In this document: piece after piece, positions 41,176 to 49,725 of the stretch
Layout: each line of letters starts with the position of its first letter
How positions within the stretch are numbered: the stretch's first letter is position 1
Assembly (NCBI RefSeq): GCF_013004595.1
Contig: NZ_JABEMC010000006.1
Span: forward strand, 62,001 to 126,000
Source: Brevibacterium luteolum
GTDB taxonomy: Bacteria; Actinomycetota; Actinomycetes; Actinomycetales; Brevibacteriaceae
Direction: 5' to 3'
Length of the DNA stretch: 64,000 nucleotides
Notes under the pieces: generated by a model
The model's database searches: none
Seen by the model: only the letters and a program-made list of their open reading frames with translations
What the model was told of the DNA's origin: nothing
Program-made: the position numbers and the translations under genes

Positions 41176-41291
41176 AGATTTCAGTCTAAACCCGCCAGCG
41201 CCCAGCACCTGCACCTTCGCGCCCGCCCGGCGCGTGACGTCTGCGACTCTGCGCCGGCTGGTCGATCCCGCTCCCGAGGCGGTGATTGCGC

Positions 41292-42659
41292 TCAGCTGAG
41301 TGCGTCGCTGACCTCGTTGGCTGCCCGCCGGCCGCTGCGGACTGCCCCGTCCATGTAGCCGTTCCATTCGGTTGCGGTTTCCGCTCCGGCCCAATGCACA
41401 GGGCCGACGGGCCGGCGCAGCTCCTCACCGACGTGCGTCCACAGCCCCGCTCCGAGCCGGCCGCCGTAGCAACCGCGCGTGAACGGCTCAGCACTCCAGT
41501 CACGCTGCAGCACTTCGAGCGGCTTGCGCGCATTTTCACCGAAGAAGTCGGCTAAGCACTCAAGCACTCGCGCGGTGCGCTCATCCTCCGGAACACCGGC
41601 GAAGGCCTTCGCGTGGTGACCCTCGACGAAGGCTACGAGGATCCCGGACTCCTCGCCGGGAATGCAGTTGTCGTAGACGAGCGCTACATCGTGATCAAGG
41701 CTGAGCACCGTGCCCCGCAGGCCTGCATCGCGCCAGAACGGCCTGGCATACCGGAGCTGGAACTTGATGACGTTTCCGCCGGGCATCTGGGAGGTGAGAA
41801 CGTCGCGGTTCGGCGGCATCGGCGGGTCGTACCGCAGCCGACCTGCCAACGTCGGCGGCAAAGTCACGACAGCCCGGCGAGCGCGCACATCATTCGTGGT
41901 GGTGTGCACTGTGACGCCGTCGTCGCCGTATGTCAGTCCTGTGACCTCGGTGCTGAGATGCACACGTTTCCCCAGCCGGCTCGCCAGACGCTCGGAGATC
42001 TGGTGAGTGCCGCCTGACACGCGCGCCTCCTGCGCCCCGCCGATCGTCGCCATCATGCGATGCAGCCCACCGCCAGCGGCAAGGTAGAAGAGACAGTGCA
42101 ACGCGGAATACTCTTCGGATTCGGCTGCGAAGATCGTTGCGAGAAGCACGTCGAGCACGTTTCGAACTTCAGGCGTTGGGACGTTCTCCGTCAGCCATTG
42201 CTGTGTTGTCATGCGATCCAGCTCCATGGCTCTGTCCGACAGCCATGGTCGCTCGATGTCGATACCAGCACAGGTGCGGTCAATCATGTCCACGGTGGAC
42301 TGGAACTCAGCGGCCAGTTCGTCGGTCAGTCCGATCGCGTCGTCGTCGCTGGAGTAGATCTGTCCGCCGATCGCCAGGAGCGTCTTGCCTTCGTCGTAGA
42401 CCGTGAACGTCTCCAAACCGAGGTCGTCGATCAGCTCCAGTACGGCGTCCTGAGTCGGCCCGACCCATTGCCCGCCGAGCTCGATCGAGAGCCCGCCTGA
42501 GAATGTTCCGTTCTCATTTCGGCCGGCGACCCGGTCTCGGGCCTCGAGCACAATGACGTCGTATCCAGCCTCCACGAGCTGTGTCGCAGCGGTGAGGCCG
42601 GAAAGCCCAGCGCCAACGACCACCACGTCGTGGTCCGGCGCGACGTTCTGCGTCTTCAT
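41292..42659 (-). CDS. Flavin monoamine oxidase family protein
   Basis: GAGLSGL, LEARDRVAGR, ELGGQWVGPTQ, GGAQE, TRGCY, GYMDGAVRSG; ATG 42659 after GGAGA. Confidence 0.88.
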   Translation of the reverse strand: MKTQNVAPDHDVVVVGAGLSGLTAATQLVEAGYDVIVLEARDRVAGRNENGTFSGGLSIELGGQWVGPTQDAVLELIDDLGLETFTVYDEGKTLLAIGGQIYSSDDDAIGLTDELAAEFQSTVDMIDRTCAGIDIERPWLSDRAMELDRMTTQQWLTENVPTPEVRNVLDVLLATIFAAESEEYSALHCLFYLAAGGGLHRMMATIGGAQEARVSGGTHQISERLASRLGKRVHLSTEVTGLTYGDDGVTVHTTTNDVRARRAVVTLPPTLAGRLRYDPPMPPNRDVLTSQMPGGNVIKFQLRYARPFWRDAGLRGTVLSLDHDVALVYDNCIPGEESGILVAFVEGHHAKAFAGVPEDERTARVLECLADFFGENARKPLEVLQRDWSAEPFTRGCYGGRLGAGLWTHVGEELRRPVGPVHWAGAETATEWNGYMDGAVRSGRRAANEVSDALS

Positions 42660-42726
42660 AATCTCTGTCTCCGATCTTTGAGATGCCCATTGCATATGCC
42701 CTGAGCGAAAGTCCTGGGGAGGTGTC

Positions 42727-43338
42727 TCAGCTGCACAGGTCTTCGGGAGAGAGACCCAGGCTCTCTCCAATTGCCTTTGCCAGTTGACGTCGCAGAGCCT
42801 CGCGGTCGCGGTACTGGACGAGACCATGCGCGTTGAGGCCATCCGCCACCGCAATGATGTGCCACGCGGTGGCGTCCGGATCTCTGCATTCAACGTCACC
42901 GGCATCGACGGCGGCTTCGATCAGCTGTTGGATGAATGCTTGCCACGCGTCCATATGCGCACGTACTTCTGCGGCGATGGGCAATACCCGTAGGCCGTAA
43001 CTCCACGCGTCGAGCCAGAGTGCTGAGGCCCCTTCGCGGCCCGCTCTCGTGAGCAGCTCGGTCAGCAGTCGCAGCCGGTTGCGCGTGCTCGTCTCTGTCT
43101 CCACCACCTCGCGGAAATCTTCCAGCTCGGCAGTCAGCACGCGACCGACGGTTTCGGCTCGCAGAACGTCCATCGAATCCACGTAGTGGGCGATAAGCCC
43201 CGGCACCACACCCATCCGCTGCGCCAGCGAGCGCACCGTGACCGCAGCAAGACCGTCAGACACCGCAATGGCATCTGCAGCCTCGCGCATCTCGGCGCGA
43301 CGCTGCTCAGCAGACTTGCGCACTCTCGGGCCCGCCAT
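42727..43338 (-). CDS. TetR family regulator (BetI-like C-terminal domain)
   Basis: GLAAVTVRSLAQRMGVVPGLIAHY HTH; LWLDAW, IIAVADGL. Confidence 0.85.
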   Translation of the reverse strand: MAGPRVRKSAEQRRAEMREAADAIAVSDGLAAVTVRSLAQRMGVVPGLIAHYVDSMDVLRAETVGRVLTAELEDFREVVETETSTRNRLRLLTELLTRAGREGASALWLDAWSYGLRVLPIAAEVRAHMDAWQAFIQQLIEAAVDAGDVECRDPDATAWHIIAVADGLNAHGLVQYRDREALRRQLAKAIGESLGLSPEDLCS

Positions 43339-43341
43339 CTC

Positions 43342-43370
43342 TTGACACCGTCCTGTACGTTGCCTAGGTT
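43342..43370 (+). promoter_or_regulatory. SigA-type promoter of the APC permease
   Basis: TTGACA-17nt-TAGGTT. Confidence 0.7.
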
Positions 43371-43381
43371 GTGACACACGC

Positions 43382-43405
43382 CATATTGGTCACCTGACCA
43401 ATATG
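43382..43405. promoter_or_regulatory. Perfect palindromic operator, probably for the adjacent TetR
   Basis: CATATTGGTCA-CC-TGACCAATATG. Confidence 0.75.
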
Positions 43406-43428
43406 ACTGCTCCCGCTTGACGCGTCAA
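43400..43428 (-). promoter_or_regulatory. SigA-type promoter of the tetR-oxidase unit
   Basis: Minus strand TTGACG-17nt-CATATT; -10 lies inside the operator. Confidence 0.55.
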
Positions 43429-43500
43429 CCCGGCAACCACTGCTCACACCGACGTCGAAGCTGGTGCAACGCAGCACCGCACTCGAGAGGAACTCTCCGC

Positions 43501-44838
43501 ATGACACCTGAGAGCACCACCATCCACAGTCCGACGCTGCGCCGCTCGCTCGGCATTCCGACTCTTGTCATGTTCGGCCTTTCGTACATGGTGCCGATGA
43601 CTGTCTTCACCACATACGGCATCGTCAACGAGATCACTCAGGGTCATCTGTCACTGGCCTATGCGGTGACCTTGAGCGCCATGGTCTTCACCGCGGTCAG
43701 CTATGCCGTGCTCAGTCGCGAAGTGCCCGCCGCTGGCGCCGCCTATGACTATGCGCGCGCTGGTTTCGGCGGCCATATCGGCTTCATGACCGGCTGGGTC
43801 ATCATGGTCGACTACATTCTCCTGCCGATGCTCAACTACCTGCTCATCGGCCTCTATCTCCACGAACAGTTCCCCGCCGCACCCGCCTGGATGTTCTCAA
43901 AGGCTGCCCTCCTGCTCGTCCTCGTCCTCAACATCGTCGGCATCAACGCCGTCAAGCATGCCAATGTTGTGCTCGTGTCGCTGCAGGTTCTCTTCTTCAT
44001 CATCTTCGCTGTCATGGCGCTGCGGTCATTCGACCCGAACATCAGCCTTCTCGATCCGTTCATCGGCGGGGATATCGACGCTTCCCTCATCATGGCGGGA
44101 GCAGCGATCCTATGCCTGTCATTCCTCGGGTTCGACGCAGTCTCGACGATGTCGGAGGAGGCCAAGGAGCCACGGCGGACAGTACCCGTCGCCGTCATCC
44201 TCACGACCTTGGCAGGCGGAGGGATCTTCATCGTCATCTCCTGGCTGGCACACGTGGCCCATCCGAACGTCGTCACCGGAGAGAACGCCGACACCGCAGC
44301 CCTCGCCATGCTCATGCACATCGGCGGAAACCTGCTCGTCGCGCTCTTCCTAGCCGCGTATGTCACTGGCGCCCTCGGCTCAGCCCTCGCCTCGCAGGCA
44401 AGCGTCTCACGGATCCTCTACAGCATGGGTCGCGACGGCGTGCTGCCGCGTCGCATCTTCGGTGTCCTGAGCGAGCGGTTCCGCACTCCAGTCGGAGCGA
44501 TTCTCGTCGTCGCGGTCATTTCAGTCTCGGCCGTCTTCGCCAGCGTCGATTTCGTCGCCTCCATCGTGAGCTTCGGCGCGCTCACTGCCTTCACCGTCGT
44601 CAACCTGGCCGTCGTCTCGATCTTCCTCGTGCAGAAACGTCACCGAGGAGCGCCGTCGATCCTTCTCTACGGTCTCGTGCCGGTCGTCGGTTTCGGCCTG
44701 ACGTTGTGGCTGTGGACGAGCCTTTCAGGTTCAACGCTGTTCTTCGGCTTGCTATGGGTCGCGCTTGGCGTCGGATACTTGGCCGTCCTCACCCGCGGGT
44801 TCCGCGAACCGCCCCCATCCCTCAACCTGCGGGAGTAA
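43501..44838 (+). CDS. APC-family amine/amino-acid permease (PuuP-like)
   Basis: FGLSYMVPMTVFTTYG, AGAAYDY, SFLGFDAVST, RILYSMGRDG, FGALTAF; ~12 TM segments. Confidence 0.88.
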   Translation: MTPESTTIHSPTLRRSLGIPTLVMFGLSYMVPMTVFTTYGIVNEITQGHLSLAYAVTLSAMVFTAVSYAVLSREVPAAGAAYDYARAGFGGHIGFMTGWVIMVDYILLPMLNYLLIGLYLHEQFPAAPAWMFSKAALLLVLVLNIVGINAVKHANVVLVSLQVLFFIIFAVMALRSFDPNISLLDPFIGGDIDASLIMAGAAILCLSFLGFDAVSTMSEEAKEPRRTVPVAVILTTLAGGGIFIVISWLAHVAHPNVVTGENADTAALAMLMHIGGNLLVALFLAAYVTGALGSALASQASVSRILYSMGRDGVLPRRIFGVLSERFRTPVGAILVVAVISVSAVFASVDFVASIVSFGALTAFTVVNLAVVSIFLVQKRHRGAPSILLYGLVPVVGFGLTLWLWTSLSGSTLFFGLLWVALGVGYLAVLTRGFREPPPSLNLRE

Positions 44839-44979
44839 CCGCTTCAGCTAGGCCGTCGGTCCCCGTTGCCGAGTCGATAACCGGTGCCTGTGCTGGTATC
44901 GGCAGATCTGCCAGCCTCGCACCCGCCCACCCGAGGAACCGCGCCACAGCTTCTGGGCTGCTCGTGCAACAATGTCGGC

Positions 44980-46083
44980 ATGACCCCAGGCACCCACGCC
45001 CCTGACGATGATGGCAGCACCCGGTTCGACAACTTCTCGACCGCAGCCAGCCCTGCCGGATCGTCCCTCGACGCCGAACGCGAACTCGCCGGCCTGACGT
45101 CGGCGCGCGCCGGTGAGGCTGAGAGCGTCGCCACCCCGTACTGGGAATTCGACCGCGCCTCCTGGTCGCTGCTGGCCGAGAACTCCGAACTGCCGCTGTC
45201 TGCCGCCGATGTCAACCGGCTGCGCGGCCTCGGCGACACCATCGACCTGGCCGAGGTCGAGACGATCTACCTGCCGCTCTCACGCCTGCTCAACCTCTAC
45301 GTCGCCGCCCGCGGCCAGAAGCACCAGCTCACCCGCGAGTTCCTCGCCCCGCTGCGCAACACCGGCAAGGATCCCGCGCCCAAACGCACCCCATTCGTGA
45401 TCGGCGTCGCCGGCTCGGTCGCCGTCGGCAAGTCGACGACTGCGCGCGTGCTGCGTGAGCTTCTCGCCCGCTGGCCCTCGACCCCGCGCGTCGAGCTCAT
45501 CACCACCGACGGATTCCTCTTCCCCAACGCCGAACTCGAACGCCGCGGACTCTCCGGCCGCAAAGGCTTCCCCGAGTCCTACGACCGGCGCGCCCTGCTG
45601 CGGTTCCTCTCAGCGGTCAAGTCAGGCGCTCCCGAAGTGCGGGCCCCGATCTACTCGCACCACACCTACGACATCGTCCCCGGAGCACAGGTCACCGTCC
45701 GCTCCCCCGACGTGCTCATCGTCGAAGGACTCAACGTCCTGCAGCCCCCGCGCCCGCGCTTCGATGGCCGGGTCGGCATGTCCGTCAGCGACTACTTCGA
45801 CTTCTCCGTCTTCGTCGACGCCAACACCGCAGATGTGCGCGACTGGTACATCCGCCGGTTCATGAAGCTCAAAGCCGGTGCCTTCCGCGACCCCGACTCC
45901 TACTTCCACCGCTACTCCACGCTCGGTGACGAGGAGGCTCGCTCGCTGGCCGGCGAGATCTGGGATTCGATCAACGCCCCGAACCTCGCCGAGAACGTGC
46001 TGCCCTCGCGCGGCCGGGCCGACCTCGTCATGCGCAAGGCTCGCGACCACTCGATCCGCCGCATCCGGATGCGCAAGCTCTGA
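44980..46083 (+). CDS. coaA: Type I pantothenate kinase
   Basis: [45 protein letters not shown]. Confidence 0.95.
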   Translation: MTPGTHAPDDDGSTRFDNFSTAASPAGSSLDAERELAGLTSARAGEAESVATPYWEFDRASWSLLAENSELPLSAADVNRLRGLGDTIDLAEVETIYLPLSRLLNLYVAARGQKHQLTREFLAPLRNTGKDPAPKRTPFVIGVAGSVAVGKSTTARVLRELLARWPSTPRVELITTDGFLFPNAELERRGLSGRKGFPESYDRRALLRFLSAVKSGAPEVRAPIYSHHTYDIVPGAQVTVRSPDVLIVEGLNVLQPPRPRFDGRVGMSVSDYFDFSVFVDANTADVRDWYIRRFMKLKAGAFRDPDSYFHRYSTLGDEEARSLAGEIWDSINAPNLAENVLPSRGRADLVMRKARDHSIRRIRMRKL

Positions 46084-46100
46084 GCTGAGCAGCCCCGCCG

Positions 46101-46128
46101 GGAACACGTGAGCGCCTCCCCGCAGTTG
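46101..46128 (+). promoter_or_regulatory. Candidate SigH/SigR-type ECF promoter
   Basis: GGAAC-19nt-GTTG upstream of the ABC exporter. Confidence 0.45.
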
Positions 46129-46208
46129 TACCCACTGGGCGTGCCGCCCCTTCACCCCGCCGGCACCAGCGCCCACCCCTGCCCGGCCCGCACCCTTGAG
46201 GAGACTCC

Positions 46209-48089
46209 ATGACGACACCCTCACCCCTGGCGCTCATGCACCGCACGATGGCGTCGCAGCGCCTGCACGGCCAGGGCTCACGCTCCGGCGGGCTCTCCGC
46301 CGACATCCTCAAGCGGATCTGGCGCTTCGCGGCCGGCCACCGCCACCTGCTCATCGGCTTCATCGTCCTGTCCGTCGTCATCTCCGCCATCGGCGTCATC
46401 ACCCCGGTGCTCGCCGGCCGCGTCGTCAACGCCATCACCGACACCCAGGACATCTCCGCGATCATCACGATCGCCCTCATCATGGCCGGCCTGGCACTGG
46501 CCGACGCGGCACTCGGCCTGGCCAGCCGCTACCTGTCCGCCCGCGCCGGCGAAGGCCTCATCTACGACCTGCGCACCGCCGTGTTCGACCACGTGCAGAC
46601 GATGCCGATCGCGTTCTTCAACCGCACCCGCACCGGCGCGCTCGTCTCCCGCCTCAACACCGACGTCATCGGCGCCCAGCGCGCGTTCTCCAACACGCTC
46701 TCAGGCATCGTGTCGAACTTCGTCTCCGTGCTGCTGACCGTCGCCGTCATGGTGACCGTCTCCTGGCAGGTCACGCTGCTGTCGATCCTGCTGCTGCCGA
46801 TCTTCTTCATCCCCGCCCGCATGTTCGCCGGCCGGCTTGCCGCCCTGCAGCACGAGGCCGCCGACTACAACGCCGCGATGTCCACCCGCATGACCGAGCG
46901 CTTCGCTGCCGGAGGCGCGACCCTCGTCAAGCTCTTCGGCAGGCCTGCCCGCGAATCCGAGCAGTTCGCCGCCCGTGCCGCCCGGGTGCGCAACATCGGT
47001 GTGAAGACCGCGATGCTGCAGACGAGCTTCGTCACCGCCCTCACGCTCGTCTCCGCGCTCGCACTCGCCCTTGTCTACGGCCTCGGCGGCGTCCAGGCCG
47101 TGCTCGGCACCCTCAACGCCGGCGCCGTCGTGACACTCGCGATGCTGCTCACCCGCCTCTACGGCCCGCTCACCATGCTCGCCAACGCCCGCATGGACAT
47201 CATGAGCGCCGTCGTGAGCTTCGAGCGCGTCTTCGAAGTCCTCGACCTCAAGCCGATAATCGCCGAAACCGAGCATCCCCGCGCCCTGCCGGCCGGTCCC
47301 CTGCCCGTGGAGTTCGACAGCGTCTCGTTCACCTATCCCTCCGCCGCCGAGGTGTCCCTCGCCAGCCTTGAAGAGGTCTCGATCCTCGATGAGCGCACCG
47401 ATCACGAGGTGCTGCATGACCTCAGCTTCGAGATCTCACCCGGGCAGACGGTCGCCCTCGTCGGCAGCTCGGGTGCCGGTAAGTCGACGATCGCCTCGCT
47501 CGTCCCGCGCCTCTACGACGCCACCGAAGGCAGCGTGCGCATCGGCGGTGTCGACGTCCGCGATCTCAGCTTCGATGACCTCAAGTCCGCTGTCGGCATG
47601 GTCACCCAGGACGGGCACCTGTTCCACGAGTCGATCCGCGACAACCTGCTCATCGTCAAGCCGGAGGCAACCGAAGAGGAGCTGCGCTCGGCGATCTCCC
47701 GGGCCCGGCTCGATGACGTGCTCGCCGAGCTGCCCGACGGGCTCGACACGATCATCGGCGAGCGCGGCTACCGGCTCTCCGGCGGCGAGCGCCAGCGGCT
47801 GACGATCGCCCGGCTGCTGTTGGCCGCCCCGCCGGTCGTGCTGCTCGACGAGGCGACCTCCGCCCTCGACTCGACTTCAGAGGCCCATGTGCAGCATGCG
47901 CTGTCGGAGGCGATGAGCGGACGCACCGCGCTTGTTATCGCCCACCGGCTCTCCACGGTGCGCGGGGCCGATGCGATCCTCGTCGTCGAAGACGGCCGGA
48001 TCGTCGAACGCGGCACACACAGCCAGCTGCTGGCAGCAGGCGGCCGCTACGCTGAGCTGTACCGCACCCAGTTCGCCGACCAGGAATGA
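46209..48089 (+). CDS. Type IV ABC exporter, fused TMD+NBD
   Basis: 6-TM domain (RTRTGALVSRLNTDV); GSSGAGKST, LSGGERQR, LLDEATSALD, IAHRLST. Confidence 0.9.
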   Translation: MTTPSPLALMHRTMASQRLHGQGSRSGGLSADILKRIWRFAAGHRHLLIGFIVLSVVISAIGVITPVLAGRVVNAITDTQDISAIITIALIMAGLALADAALGLASRYLSARAGEGLIYDLRTAVFDHVQTMPIAFFNRTRTGALVSRLNTDVIGAQRAFSNTLSGIVSNFVSVLLTVAVMVTVSWQVTLLSILLLPIFFIPARMFAGRLAALQHEAADYNAAMSTRMTERFAAGGATLVKLFGRPARESEQFAARAARVRNIGVKTAMLQTSFVTALTLVSALALALVYGLGGVQAVLGTLNAGAVVTLAMLLTRLYGPLTMLANARMDIMSAVVSFERVFEVLDLKPIIAETEHPRALPAGPLPVEFDSVSFTYPSAAEVSLASLEEVSILDERTDHEVLHDLSFEISPGQTVALVGSSGAGKSTIASLVPRLYDATEGSVRIGGVDVRDLSFDDLKSAVGMVTQDGHLFHESIRDNLLIVKPEATEEELRSAISRARLDDVLAELPDGLDTIIGERGYRLSGGERQRLTIARLLLAAPPVVLLDEATSALDSTSEAHVQHALSEAMSGRTALVIAHRLSTVRGADAILVVEDGRIVERGTHSQLLAAGGRYAELYRTQFADQE

Positions 48090-48092
48090 GAC

Positions 48093-48755
48093 ATGAGCGC
48101 CGAGACTGCCGACACTGGCACCGCGGAGCCCTCGCCGGCCCCAGCCCCGGCCACGTTCGCGGAGCTGACCGAGGCGAAGCGCGTCGCGTTCCCGCTGCAC
48201 ACTGAGCGGCTGAGCCTGAGCCTGCTGGCGCCATCCGACGCTGAGGGTCTGTGGTCCTACTGGCAGCTGCCGGAGACCTCGGAGTGGACGTCATCGCGAC
48301 CGGCCAGTGCCGAGGAGCTCATGTCCGAGCGGCTGGCTGCCGGCAACACACTCGTCGTGCGCCGCAGAGACGATGAGAGCAGCCACCCTGAGACAGCCCC
48401 GATCCTCGGCGAGGTGCTGGTGAAGATGCAGAATGCCTGGTCCCACCCCGAGGTCGCCCACCTAGCCCGTGGCACCCAGGCTGAGATCGGGTGCGCCTTC
48501 CACCCTGAAGCCACCGGGCACGGCTTCGCCCGCGAAGCGGTCACCGCCGTCCTCGACCTCATCGTCGACCTCGGGATCCGGCGCATCGAGGCGTTCTGCA
48601 TGGCCGACAACACCGCCTCCTGGCGGCTGCTCGACCGGCTGGGCCTGCGCCGCGAAGGCAGCTACATCGGTGAGACCCTCCACCGCGATCACGGCTGGGT
48701 CGATGCCTACTCCTATGCGATCCTCGCCTCCGAATGGCAGGCCAAGCGCAGCTGA
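48093..48755 (+). CDS. RimJ/RimL-type GNAT acetyltransferase
   Basis: LHTERLSL, AEIG, GHGFAREA, DNTASWRLLDRLGLRREG, YAILASEW. Confidence 0.85.
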   Translation: MSAETADTGTAEPSPAPAPATFAELTEAKRVAFPLHTERLSLSLLAPSDAEGLWSYWQLPETSEWTSSRPASAEELMSERLAAGNTLVVRRRDDESSHPETAPILGEVLVKMQNAWSHPEVAHLARGTQAEIGCAFHPEATGHGFAREAVTAVLDLIVDLGIRRIEAFCMADNTASWRLLDRLGLRREGSYIGETLHRDHGWVDAYSYAILASEWQAKRS

Positions 48756-49274
48756 TCAGCGCACGTCGCGCTGACGCGGCCCCAAGGGCAGCCGGGCGAT
48801 GATCGCAAACAGGATGCCTGCCGGGATGCAGATGAGCAGCAGCGACATGAACACGTACAGCGCAGACGGCATCCACACGACGCTGACCATGTAGACGATG
48901 ACAGGGAAGGTCAGCGCGAGAAACACCGCGGTGATGAGGGTGCCCTTGAGACCGCCAGCCGGGTTCTTCCACCGCACGATGCCGATGGCGAAGTTCGCCA
49001 GTGCCGCGACCATGCCCAGCAGCAGGAATGAGTTCATCAGCTCGCCGAAGATCCAGGCGATGCCGCCAGCCGGGCGGCTGGCCTGCACCGCCGCCGAGGT
49101 GCCGGTCACCAGCAGCGTGATGACGGCAGTCGATCCGGCGGCGACGATGCCGGCACGCACCGGCGGGGTCGCCACATTCAGCAAAGGCAGGTGCCGGGGC
49201 GCACTAGTGGCGTGAGCACGATCGCTGCGGTCGGGCTGGTCTGGCGACGCAGAATCAGGAGGGGTCTGAGCCAT
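48756..49274 (-). CDS. Hypothetical 4-TM membrane protein
   Basis: Four hydrophobic segments; TACCGT -10 six nt before the ATG. Confidence 0.65.
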   Translation of the reverse strand: MAQTPPDSASPDQPDRSDRAHATSAPRHLPLLNVATPPVRAGIVAAGSTAVITLLVTGTSAAVQASRPAGGIAWIFGELMNSFLLLGMVAALANFAIGIVRWKNPAGGLKGTLITAVFLALTFPVIVYMVSVVWMPSALYVFMSLLLICIPAGILFAIIARLPLGPRQRDVR

Positions 49275-49325
49275 ACCTCTACGGTAGCGGCTGACAGGCC
49301 GGGTGATGCACAGCGAGCCGCTGTA

Positions 49326-49505
49326 TCAGCGCCGTCGCTCGGACCGGTTGATCCGGTTCCAGAGGAGCCCGACGGCGATGAGCCCAGCCAGTCCGATGCA
49401 GAACAGCACCGCCTCGAGCACACCCCACGATTCGCCGCGCAGCAGCGGCAGCAGCTGGACGAGCATGACGATGGCGAAGACCGCGCCGATGAGGATGCGC
49501 AGCAT
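49326..49505 (-). CDS. 59-aa 2-TM membrane microprotein (not in ORF track)
   Basis: GGAGG RBS; MLRILIGAVFAIVMLVQLLPLLRGESWGVLEAVLFCIGLAGLIAVGLLWNRINRSERRR; GC3-biased codons; fills the intergenic gap. Confidence 0.65.
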   Translation of the reverse strand: MLRILIGAVFAIVMLVQLLPLLRGESWGVLEAVLFCIGLAGLIAVGLLWNRINRSERRR

Positions 49506-49725
49506 CTCAGTGACACCTCCAGTTCAGTGATCAGGGACTCCTGCACCCTAACGCGAGCCACCGGGGCGGTGTCGAAAAACCGCCCTGCATAGCGTGCCCA
49601 CAGCGTCAGATGCGGCCGTAACGATCGTGTCTCATCCCCCACTGTTCGCTCAGCTTCCATGCAGATGCATCACATCTGTGCCCATAATGGATGGCACGCA
49701 CAGCAGCATCGACGGCGATGAAGAG

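Noticed and set aside
41176..41291. Possible glmS ribozyme upstream of glmS
   Set aside because: A -10 hexamer lies 7 nt before the ATG (leaderless), and no ribozyme core was recognised.
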